Notes under the pieces: generated by a model
The model's input: only the letters and a program-made list of their open reading frames with translations
Told to the model about the DNA's origin: nothing
The model's database searches: none
Position numbers and translations under genes: made by a program
Part shown: in pieces, positions 48,569 to 60,294 of the stretch
Layout: every line of letters begins with the position of its first letter
Position numbering within the stretch: position 1 is the stretch's first letter
DNA from: Macrostomum hystrix
Lineage: Eukaryota; Animalia; Platyhelminthes
Direction: 5' to 3'
DNA: 64,000 nucleotides
Assembly: GCA_950097015.1 (NCBI GenBank)
Contig: CATNEN010000001.1
Coordinates: 3,906,001-3,970,000 of the forward strand

Positions 48569-50049
48569 AAGTTGTACCAGGGCTTACTTCTTTTTACTTA
48601 TTTCTACTGAATGCCACCAAAGTTGTACAGGTGGAAATTAATTATCTCACCGTTGTTATCAAAGTTGTACTGGGCTATTTTAATATTTCTACTACAGTTG
48701 ACTCACATTAACTGGTGGACCTTAAAAGGGCCGTTTTAACTTCTCAAATGGTAGCGTTTCTATATGCACGAGCGGTAATTAGGCAACTGTATACTTTTCC
48801 AGCCGATTAGGCGTCCCCGAGATTAGAGTTTAGCAGTTCCCTTCGATAATATTCTTAGTATAACTTCTGAGTATAATTCTAATTATACTTCTCACTGCTA
48901 TCTTCCTTTAAAATGAATAACACAATGCAAAGCTGTCGGAAATTTATTTTTTTAAACACACTTAAAACTATATTTACAAACACCTCTTGAAAAACTACTT
49001 CAACTTTTAAACTCTTTAAACACTCTCCTGAAACACTTTAATACTCTTGTACAAAGGCTTTCAGCTTTTAACTCAACTCAACAATTTTAACTTCAACTCT
49101 AAAAACACACACTTCGAAACACTCTTACAAACTCACTGAAACACTTTGAACACTTTCGAACTCTCTCGAACTCACACACAGGTTATTTTTCCAGACCAAA
49201 AGTGCGGCTATTTATAGTGAGAAAAATTAACTTTTGTTTAAACGGGAGCATTTTACATAATATTATTTATAATATGCGATTTAAAACAAAATTATTTACA
49301 TACAGTATTACTTTTGATACGGTACAAGGATAAACAAATTATTATTTTTTTGGCGCATTTTTAATTTTATTTATTTTTATAATTTTTATAATAGAATAAC
49401 GTATATACAAGAGGCTAACTATTACAATTGTCAATATTGCCCATATTGGTGCCAAATTTGATTGTATGTAGATCTATTATTGTACTAGCAACTTGCTTGG
49501 CTAATAATTGGTATAAGTAGTCAAGATGCTAACAATTAAACCTTCAAAAGCAAGATTCAGCTAGTTGTCTTGTTATTCACCTGTGAAAAAGATGTAGTCA
49601 ATTGTATGCATTTGAAATATAAAGTGCAACTTCCAGAATCTCAGCTGGTCATGCAACTTAGTTTGGAATAAAAAAGGTGACACATTGCAGCAGATAAGTT
49701 TGATAGCAATAAATACTAGGGCTGGCAATTGGGGAATTATTTTTGGGGAGTTGGGGATTGGGGAATCATAAAAGTTGAGAAACTTGGGGAGTCGGGGATT
49801 GGGGAGCTTTCAGAAGTCGGGGAATCGGGGAGTTGGGGACCTAAAAAAGTTGAGGAGTCGGGGATTTGTGAGTATAGGTAAGAAAATAATAACCAAGAGA
49901 ACTTTGCCATTTTGCAATGGAAGTGGAAGAAATTTTAAACACAAGCAGGAAGATTCAAGCCATTCATTCCGTAAATGGCTTAAAAAGAGCAATTTGCTGA
50001 TTACTCAAGTTCTTAAAATACTTTTGCCTTGAATGCAATTACCTGCACA

Positions 50050-53000
50050 CCATATTGCGGAAGGTTTTCTGTGTACGCCGGACACATTTTCATTGAATTT
50101 TCAATTGTACGCCAACGTCGCCAACAAATGTTAAATGTACGCCAACTTTCTTATTCTTTCAACTTTCAACTTTCTTCTTTCATGTTTACAGTGGATTTGT
50201 TATAATACAGAGCTGTCTCAGTCAATCTGTTACATAGTCATTTAGTTGTTGACACTGATGAAGCAGCAGCTTGACAATTGATCTAGTCGCTTGTCGACAA
50301 CTTAGCTTGTGGAATGTTTTTTCGCCTTCGTTAGATCGGCAAAGAATGGGTGGAAATGGGGCCGAATTCCATGCAAACTGTCCCCCTTATAATACAGCTT
50401 CGCAGCAGTATCTAAGAAACATTCAAGAGCATTGCTGCCAACGGGAGGCAGCATCCATTGCAGCTTGGCCCGAAGCTGCAACGTGTTATTGGACTGAGGC
50501 CCTTGCTGTTGCTGCGACCGCATGGTGGCGTAGAATGACTCTACGATGGCCTCTAAGAATTTGGGGTTGAAAAAATACTTGGAGATGGACTGATCAATAG
50601 ACATACAATATGACGTATTGAGCTGTACTAGATAATGTATAAGATCGATACTAATAGCCCAGTACAGTACAGCTTAATGCACAAGGTAAAGTGGATTACC
50701 AGTCCCACCACGGTTGAGCGCGAAGTCCAACAGAGCGCAGGTTTGCTAACCAGCCCGCTGATAAACGCACGGAGTTGAATAGATTGCGCGGTAGATAAAA
50801 GCTTCATCAACAGTACACTCCACCTGACCATTGGCAGTTGTGCAGGTTAGCCGAAGAGCCATGTCGGCAGGACCGTGCGGTGGAGCCAGAGCAACTCTTT
50901 CGATTGGCCCTTTAATGACAGGGTTCAGCCAGCCGTCTCGACATTCGCCGGATAGCATCACGTGCTGGATGGTCTCAATGTACGAAGCTACGTACTTTCA
51001 GCAGACACGTGGGTCAAGGTCAGCAAGTTGCGGAAATTTTGCCGCTGCCGTCACAAGCTGCCGACAGGCAGGCGCATGAGTCACCTCTTCGATCTCGGCC
51101 TCGGAATCCGCTGAGGCTATACAGCGAATAGCATGCTCGGCGTCGAGGCAGACGCAGTTTAAAACATCTGCATTAGCGGCTTTGTCCATGCGGGAAACAA
51201 GTGCACTGTGCAGAGCACCAGCAAGTCTTCGCATGTCCTCGCGCATGTCCTAAGCAAAATCAAAGGAAATGGTGATGCAGGTAGCTATTTTCGAAAGATC
51301 GAGATGGATATTGATGTCAACAAATTGCCTTAGCGCATTTTCAAAATTAGTTTTCGGGATGGTTTCAATTGAAAATATAATAGGATAATGAAGATATTGT
51401 ATGGAAAGTGCAGTTTTTTAGTACCCACCGGAGGTTCCCGCGCAGTCCACTGAACCGACCAAACTTGTCTTCCATGAGAATTAATGACAGGGGTGTTTCT
51501 AGCAGGCTAGTTTTTGTCAATGACCCAGCCACGTAGCAGCCATATGCCACTGAATGAGCCACCTGGTTGTACGGAGTCACCGTTTTTGAGACACTGCTCC
51601 AGTCTCGGGTAGTCAGAGACACGGAACTCCTCGGCCCGCCGCTCTAGAAAACTAGCGACAGTTCTCCAGTGGAGCTGGACCTTCCAGTGAGGTAGCTGGA
51701 GGTTCTGCGCCATCTCCATCAGGGCCCTGTGCCAAAATGGTTCATAGTTGTTTATCATTATGTTTTAACAAAAATGTAAGCAGAAGCTATGGTCAACAGA
51801 ACTTACTTAATTGGACCGAGCAAGTCGAGCAGACATAGCAAGTCGAAGGCAAAGTTGTCTCCAAACATTTCGTATTGGAGGGTCTCGTCTGCTGTGCAAA
51901 ACGGATTTTCTTTCCGAAAAGCCGCGTGCAGCTCGCCAAACGACTTCAGGATTGTCTCCCACTGGGACATGACAGAGCTTACAAATCGTTGCGTTGCAAA
52001 GTGGGAGATTGCGCGGGCTCCATCTTTAGAAACTGCCTGCATATGAATGAGAAATAGTACAGCAGTAGTATAGTATGTAGTGCAAATTTGTTTAGATTAA
52101 GCATTTCAGGAATAGATTAGTAAGTGTGAATTCTACCTGCAACGTGGCGTAACCGCGGCCGCGACCAAACAAATGAGCAAAGTTGTTTGCTCGCTTGATG
52201 AATGCCCGCAGATAGTGGCCGTCGTCCTTGCTATCGCGGACATCGGTAACTGCCAGGTTTAGAAAGTGCGCAGCATCCCAGATGATGGGCACATCCAAAT
52301 CCGCAATGCCGCCACTGGTTAGTTTGTCATGAAGCGCCTGCCGAAATGGGTTCGTCTGATACTGCCCGTCAGCAACGGCACCAACCAATTGGCTTAAAGG
52401 CAGCTTAAACGGAGCTAGGCCATCAAAGAGCCGCTGGACAAGAACTGCTCCACTGCCGTCCATGTCACTGTCGTAAACGGGTGGGGCACCACCAGGAATG
52501 GCCATCGCAAGTCCCGAGTCACCTCTGCAGATTAAAGATAAGTAAATTTCTTTTTCTTTTTCTAACTTTCAAGGGAGAACTCAATCGAGAATATGAGTAG
52601 CTATGCTTTGTGACAAAGAAAATTAACTTACCTAGCCAAAACCATTACAGCCTGGTTAGTAACACGGCCTGGAGTGCTTTTTTCGCAAGTAATGGCAAAG
52701 CATGGCGGACGTCCAGTTGACAGCAGAGGTGCCTTCAAAAAATCAGCGGTCATTCTGTCAAGGCAGGCCTCAAACAGCTGCCAGATTTCCACGCAGAAGT
52801 CACTGTAGAAAGTATTGTGATGTGAATGAATTTTTAATGAGAAGGAACTGAATGCATCTAGTATGCAGTGGTACCGGTATTACCCACGGGGCATCAAAAA
52901 ATGGCTAACACAATTGGTTGGGGTTGGTAAAGTACATGTACATGTAGCTACATCATTATACATACCGTCCATGTCCTCTGTTGCCCACTTCAGCATCAGA

Positions 53001-55882
53001 AGCAGCCAGTAGGCAAATGAGAGTCTCGAAGTGGCGCCCTGCTGCAGCTAGCTCAATGTCAGTGGCCGAAGCGCGCATTAGGGTCCGCACAACCTTCGCA
53101 TTTTGGTTTTCAGTCACTTTCTTATCTTCGAACTTATGGACGGCTTCTGCATGCCACTTGCCGGTAACGCCAGACATATGTAAGCTGACTTCGTAGTGTA
53201 GTCTAGAAAACTCTGCGCCACCAGCAAGCGCCTTTGTCATTCGGTCCTTGGTGATGAGCAGCCCAGTTCCAATAGAACCAGTAGATGTAGGTGACACATT
53301 GCTGTAGGAAATAATGCGTTAGCATATTAGCAAGGTGTAAAAATGTAGAAATTTATGTATTAACTATACATCTAGGATTGGGCAGTTTGAAATCAAAATT
53401 TGCACTAGGAGGCCAGAAACGATTAATATTTTTAACTTGGGTCTGAGAATTCTGGGATTGCAATTGGGATTCCATTTAATAGATAGACAGAGCTTAGCAA
53501 ACTTACAGAATATCCTTGATTTGCGACGCAGGCAACTTTCCCGAGAAAAGGTAATCCTCCTTCTCCTTAACTCGGATATGGTGAAAACAGGGAACACAAT
53601 AAAGTATTGTGTCGTTGCCACATTGTCCTACAGCCAAATACTGGTGTCTTAATAGATCGGACATCGTTTCAAATCTAACAGATGGCTCCGTAGGTTGCTT
53701 AGTTGCTGCTGAAGTAGTTCCACTGACCCCACCATGCAGGATCAAATTTTGTACGATTTTAATGAGCAAATCAACTTTGCCGTTGACAGTTGCCAATGTA
53801 GGATTGGCACTGGCTTGCTCAGGATCAGGATCAATATCTTGGGCCTGCTCCATGACGATGGGTGTCAGCTGCAAAATGCTCTGCTGAAGCACATGGCGAC
53901 GTTGAGAAGTGTCTTTGGTCTCTTGATTTGCTGTTGACTCTAGCACATGGGTCACCACCTGCTCTTGCTCAGATTCTAGCTCTGCTGAGGCCTCTAAAAC
54001 CGATGCTGGAGGTGGCTGCTCCATATTAACATCTGCTTCAGCTTGCTGCTCTGGCATGGCCTGCACCATATCAGCTGCTTGCTGTTGCTCCTGAGGCTTC
54101 TGCCGCACAGCTAGCAGTGCACTGACTTGGGGTGCATCTGCAGGAACAAAGGCCAGTGATGAGTCACTTTGCAACTCCTTATGGTGTCGTGCAGAATGCC
54201 TTTTCCGGTGAGTAGCATCATTTCGATATATTTTGCATTTGCTCTCAGGCTGGCCCTTTTGCAAGCAGTTCAGGCAGTAGTGAAAATCCTTGACTGTTGG
54301 GCGCAGATTGGATTTGCCCCTTTTTGCTGGTGGCTCCTTAATGGCACTATCAGGTGTTGGACGTTTACGGCCTAGAAGTGCAGCCCACTGAGCAGCAGCA
54401 GCAGTGCCAGAGCCAGATCCAGTCCCAGATGCAGTGCTAGTAGTAGTTGTAGCAGTGGTACCAGTAGCAGTAACCATAGTAGCAGCTGCAGCTATTAAAG
54501 TTGTGAATAAGAGGTTTCTTATTTTAAATATTCCTAATTTAATTACATATTATTTACATAATTAAGTAAATTAAATCATCTTTAAATAAAACTATAGTCA
54601 CTGTCACTGTTAAAAACTATAGTCTAACTCTTAAGTCATCTGAACTCTAAAGTTCTAACTTCTTAGTTCTTAAAGTGTAAGAAGCTTATGAAGTAATAAA
54701 TAAGCTAGAGGAAAGTTTTAGTTATATATTTTTAGACATTTTGAAATTAATTACAATAAAGAGAATTTATTATATAATTATAAAAAATAAGAAATACCAA
54801 AAAACAATAGTTAATATTAAAATTTAAAGAATTGTATAAATAATAAATATAGTCTATAGTACAGACAAGATAAGTCATACTCATAAGTGAGATAACTATA
54901 GATATAATGATAAAAAAAGATAGACTAGATCCGCTCATTTTTTATTTCAATTGGTGAAACAATTGAAATAACTTCAGTGTATGCTATTTATCAACTTAAA
55001 GTGATATTCTTCACTGAGAATCTCTCTCGATCTACTCCAAATCGAATCACTGGGCCACCCAAATCATATTTACATTAGATGCATTACATACATCTACGAG
55101 TCTACAACTATGACTAAATAATGCATCTCTGTCTCTGTCTATAAGACTATAGTCTATGTCTGTTGGCATATATTATCAGCTAATAAATGTTTAGGTAGGC
55201 CTACTGTACTAGTAAATGGTAATTGGAATGGAAGTAAGTAATTGGAAATGATATTAATAATTTATAACTCACTTTCTTCGTTGTGATCAGTTGCAGTTGG
55301 ACTTTCACTTGGACTTAGACTTCTAGTTCTATAAGTATGAGAATGAGAGTGATGACTCTGACGATCTTCTGATTCAGAGTCAGAATCAGATGAATTGCTA
55401 GTGTAAGCAGTAGCCATTCTTTTATATTTAATGAATAATAAAATAACTTTTTGCTTTCATTTCAGTAACAGTAACAGAGTAACAATTAACGGAAAACAGA
55501 AATTAAACATAACCAGAACCAGAAGTCCGATCAGATCATCAGAACAGTATATTATAATTATCAACGGTTTAACGGTAAAAAATCGACGAATATTTACATT
55601 TAAATTTAAATTACAAAAAATTGATAACGACATGACGATTGTCGTGACGATTCCGGTAATTAAAATGATTAGTAAATGAGAAAATAGTAGCAGAAAAAAT
55701 GTTTTTTTAAATAACTTAACACAAAAATGCACGAAAAAATTCTTTATATTAATTTGTACGCCAGTCGTGTACGCCACACTGTACACAGCCAAGAAATGTA
55801 CGCCGGTGTACTCCATAGAACTCAAGTGTACGCCGGAAAATTCCGGAAAATTCCGGCGTACACCCCTCTTTCCGCAATATGG
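50050..55882 (-). mobile_element. Full-length hAT-like DNA transposon with a multi-exon transposase
   Basis: TIR ccatattgcggaa / ttccgcaatatgg, exact 8-bp TSD cctgcaca, and subterminal tgtacgcc repeats at both ends. Confidence 0.88.
50302..54477 (-). pseudogene. Spliced hAT-like transposase (about 8 exons, probably defective)
   Basis: BED-like CxxC...HxxxxH finger, then (E)KSTP, ADGQY, WDAAHFLNL, ATQRF and EAIVES. Apparent in-frame stop near 50746. Exon limits are approximate. Confidence 0.7.
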
Positions 55883-57199
55883 CCTGCACAATAGAGAAGT
55901 AGAAAAAACATGGTAATGAAGTTACCAGTGTAAGTATTAACTATTAAAATGAGCACAAGTGCAAATAAACAGACAGGTACAACAGGTACAACAGACAGTC
56001 TCCCAGTAGTAATTTCAGTCTTAATGAGAGTCAAAGCATTCAATTCACGAGAGCTTCAGCATCTTTGCCATCATTGTTGTGCATTTGCATCATCAGAATC
56101 TGGTGCCCTCAGGTTCCATTCTTCATACTCTCCTGATAATTAACTGCTCGTCTTCCTCAGCCCTGAAACATAAGAAAGTGAATACAGTTAAAAAACATTA
56201 AAAAATCAAAACCGAATTGTAAAAATAAGACAAGCACCGAAATTTACGAACCTCTCCATTGCCACAATAGCCGAATACTTTCTTGCCACCAGCAACAGGC
56301 AGTTTTCAGCCTTTGTTGCATGCAGTCTAGATCAAAGCCTGTTGCCATAAATGAGGCCGGCTCGGGAGAAGTCTCTCGCATGAGACACTGGTTGGAGTTG
56401 TGGCAAGATATTGCCTTGCAGCCTTGGTGAGGGTTGGCAGCTTCGATCGGTTGACCTTCCAGAACTCAAAGACACAGCTTGTCTTCTTTGGGCGCCTATC
56501 CCCTTCAATCATCTCAGCCAACTGAGCAAACTCTGTCTTGACGCAAGCAGCCCTAATGGAGCAAATTTAAAAAAGCTGCGGACACTCCTGCTAGGCATGC
56601 AGGTGCGCAGTTTGTTTCAAGAAAAAGAGCGCAAGTGTGTAATTGCTCCAATCAGAAGGTGGAAAATTGCAAACATGAAGTATTGACTTCTTATTTCTTA
56701 AAAACAAAGTTAACAAACTTAACAACAAACAAACCAACTTGAACACAAAACTAAAAAGTATTGAACAACTACTTTGAAAAGAATTTAAGCACTGAACTTT
56801 GCAACAGTAATGCATGTAAACAATCTTAATTGGCAAAGTAAAAATAAAAGTCAATGATGCAAGTAGACCATAGACTTAGGTAAAGGCATTTTCAGTTTCT
56901 TTGTGTGAAAAAAAATTGGAAACAGAAAAAAACAGTAAAGCTCAGCTGCATTCAATCTGCCCAACATCAATATCTAGATTACCTGTTTTCACTGAATATG
57001 GTACATCTCAATTCTCAACTCAACCAACAATGGCGTGTAGCCACAGACCCAGCTCGTAAGTAGCCTCCTCGTTCAATTCGAAATATATTCTACAGCCTAG
57101 ACTCTAGAGCAACAGTCTCATACAGCGATGAGCTGACAACAACAAAACGAGTGCAGGTAAAAAATCGTTGCTAGTTAAATGACTTGACACGAATAAAAT

Positions 57200-59100
57200 C
57201 TACTTTAGCTGAACATGACCTTCAGATTTCAGTTGCTCCAGCACCGCCTGCTTTAGCTTATTTGATCTGGCAGACAAAAACGTAACCGGGTGCGACGTCA
57301 GCCATTCGCGACTGATCCGATTCAGTACAGTCGTGGGTATGGCAGCAAGAGTACACTGCAAATGCCACGCCAAGCGGGTGTACAACTCTGGCGTGCTAGA
57401 CAGTTGAAGTGCGCCTTGCATGCACTGCCGCTCCATCGACGTGTACAAGCTCTCCACGATGGCCTCAGGGCAGCCCTTGGCAAGGGCCAATCTAAGAGCG
57501 CGCAAAGTGGCTTGCCAAATTGTGTTTACAGTTGGTCATCGGTGTACATGGCTTTTTTAAACGCCTGTTCCTGTACTTTGAGTTTAACAGGTCCTTGTCC
57601 GAAGTCAATCGCAAATTCATCCGATACTTCGGTTAACGCCAGCATCAGCACTCGGTCGTCTGGCACAATGTCACCGAAAAGCACTCGCCGACAGTGGGCC
57701 GAGACACATCTTCACCCCAGACAATCTGCTTGAGCGTGTCTTTGCGAGACAGGTATCTCGTTTAGTGTCGTCAGCCAAATTCGAAGCTCCGTTACAGTAG
57801 CCTGCACCATGGTGAAGCTCGACGAGACAAAACGTGTTTTGCTGAAAGATTTAGTCTTTCTAGCTCGCCTGTCGCGAATTCGTTCGGCAACTTGGTCTGC
57901 CTTCACAAGAATTTTTCCCCGCTGAGTTTTGCGGTGCAGCCAGTTAAGGGACGCTATCATTCGCTGGATAGGAGCGCTAGATTTTCGAATGTCAGTGACA
58001 ACTAAATTTAGCCAGTGCGCAGCGTCCCATACTACTTCGTAAAAAGCACCGTCGATGCAGTCGGTCGACGTGCCTGCGCTTTCAACAGAATCGGCTTCGC
58101 GCAAAGCTTCCTGAAGCAATGACTGCATCGTTGTCTGGAACTTGTCTGTTTGGTACTGGCCATCCGCAGCGACACCACCACAGCGCTCGCGATGGAGACT
58201 TGCCGATTTGGCAACCGTCACTGCAGAACTGAATTGTTATTAGAGGTTGATTAAAGTTAGAGACTTGTGCTAAATAACTATTAACGAAATATTTATGTGC
58301 ATGTGTAATTTTATTGTTAATATTAAAAACTGAAGTAATGTCTACCGACTACCGGCACTAGCCTCCGATTAGTTATCATATGGCTGCTTTCTCTCTTATT
58401 ATTTATTTTTGTTTCGCAGTGATAATTATAGAATAATAAAAAAAGTAATTGACATAGGCTTACTTCGCCAATGCCGTTGCATGGCCGCCCGAGAGACTGG
58501 CATCAGCACTGCTGTACACGTCAGGCGCACCAAGGCAATACGCCCTTCGCAGTTCATCTCCGTGAAGCGCGCACGCCATGACAGCTTGGTTAGTCGTACG
58601 CGCTGGAGTGCTTTTGTCCATAGTAAGACAAAAAAGGAGGCAGAGAAGTAGACGGCAGAGGATCTTCTAAATCTGCTTGTCTCCAATGTAAACGTTGTTG
58701 ACAAAGAATTGCGTTAAATCCCTCGTATTGTGTGGCTCCAGTCCCAGAGAGCACGACCGACAAGCCGGAAGTTACCAGAGCCTTTGCTGCAGTCATGTGG
58801 CGATTAAGCTGCTCGGATTCACTTCCCAGCTCACCGAAAGCTCTGAAAGGTAAAAGAAGAGTAGCAGGTAAGCGTTCTGCATATATTTTTGAGAAGGTGC
58901 TGCTGGTTGCCTGCATGATTTTATAGGGTGGTACTTTAACGTCGATTGCAATACAGTTGGGTCAGCGGAATGAGTCCAAATTTCCGCGGAATTCTGTGTG
59001 AAAGCGTCCCCTGCTTGCTCTTCTCGGATTGCTGGGTGTCGGGCCAATAAACCGAGGGGAGGGGTTTTCGATGTCACTTGGGATTCCCCATCCTTGCACG
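57200..59100 (-). pseudogene. Second, diverged transposase of the same hAT-like family
   Basis: Motifs MDKSTPARTTNQAVM, AADGQY, WDAAHWLNL, SKTRF and PEAIVES, with several frameshifts and stops. Confidence 0.72.
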
Positions 59101-59216
59101 CAGCAATTAATTTTCTACCTGGAATCTAGTGCTTGCACCTGGACAGCAATCGAAATAATTTTGAAAATTGATGAGAACAGCTTCGCCATAAACACGATTA
59201 GTTAGAATAAGAGAAA

Positions 59217-59703
59217 ATGAGCCGCCGCTCATCAAGACAACCGACCATTTGGTTGCTAGTACTTTTTGACGCAGATGGTCTAGTAGATTCTATTGAATTT
59301 AAGCAGACAGTGCCTAAAGTTGGAGAGCGAATAAACATAAACTACGAGTACTATGGAGACGAACAGCTTGTCGAAGTCTTAGCTGTGTCAGGTGAGCTAA
59401 AGCTTCATATCTGCATATGCTACTCAATTCACTAATGCATTCAATAATTCAGTCTTTCTTTTCATTTTCTCATTTTCTCTACCTTTTCCTGCCGAGCGAA
59501 GAAACCAACATCTCCGTTCCTGCCGGAATGGTCAGCAGGGCTGACCATAGACACACTCATTTTTTCAAAGCAGGCAACATCACAAGTCCTTTCCTGCACT
59601 TTTTTATCGGCAGCAACGGAATACAAGTTAGGCAGGTTAAGGTTAATGGGCGGCCCTCGCCTACCCCGCTGTGTCAGCTTCGACCACCCTCTTTCTCTCT
59701 TTC

Positions 59704-59755
<52 letters not shown>

Positions 59756-60290
59756 AAATCCTCTCTTCCACTCTTTCGTCTTTCCTCTATACCACTAACT
59801 GACTCTAAATTGTAGTACAGTTCAGATATTGCAATGTTAAATTTTTGTTCTTCTTCAGATGACAAGGCCATTGTTCGTCAAGCCGACTATGACTTTAACA
59901 AAAGCTCACGGTTGAAGGCCATCGAAGAAGAAAAAAAGTGCAGAGAAGAACAACACGCACCTTCGACTGGCGGCTTCCTTGATGTGCATGTACATGCTCA
60001 CCAACCTACTGTTCCCAACAAGGTGCACCAAGCGGCTCCTTCCACTATTCCACCCAATACTCTGAAGAGTAAGGCATCGTCTTCTTTAACAGTGGCGAGT
60101 AAAATTCTTAAGAAATCAAAGGCACAGAAGACTGCCCCTGCTTCAGTTATCAGCCGCGCGATGCCCCCTACAGAAACTAATCAGCAGGAAGCGGCTGCCA
60201 ACGCAGCCATTCGAGATCCGGCTCTGACTGAGACAGTCAGCTCAATCTCCGAGTCATCATTAACCAGAGTGCTAGGAATCAACGTGCGGA
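59217..60290 (+). CDS. Spliced ORF of unknown function (exons 59217-59391, 59859-~60290), truncated by a Gypsy LTR
   Basis: ATG, donor g|gtgag and acceptor ttcttcag| join in frame (..EVLAVS-DDKAIVRQ..). Confidence 0.55.
59690..59753. repeat. (CT)n microsatellite
   Basis: Direct reading. Confidence 0.9.
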
Positions 60291-60294
60291 TTCT

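Larger units (their letters stand above)
41022..49426 (-). mobile_element. Full-length Ty3/Gypsy LTR retrotransposon (copy A)
   Basis: 854-bp TG...CA LTRs (41022-41875, 48573-49426) differing at about 3 positions by eye. 4-bp TSD attg, PBS, PPT, and intact gag and pol in PR-RT-RH-IN order. Confidence 0.97.
49717..56590 (-). mobile_element. hAT transposon remnant (3' portion) hosting a nested element
   Basis: End sequence tagggctggcaa with subterminal gggga repeats (49717-49865). hAT dimerization motif EFWK...LPTLTKAARQYLATTPTSVSCERL at 56330-56520. Linking the two parts is an inference. Confidence 0.62.
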
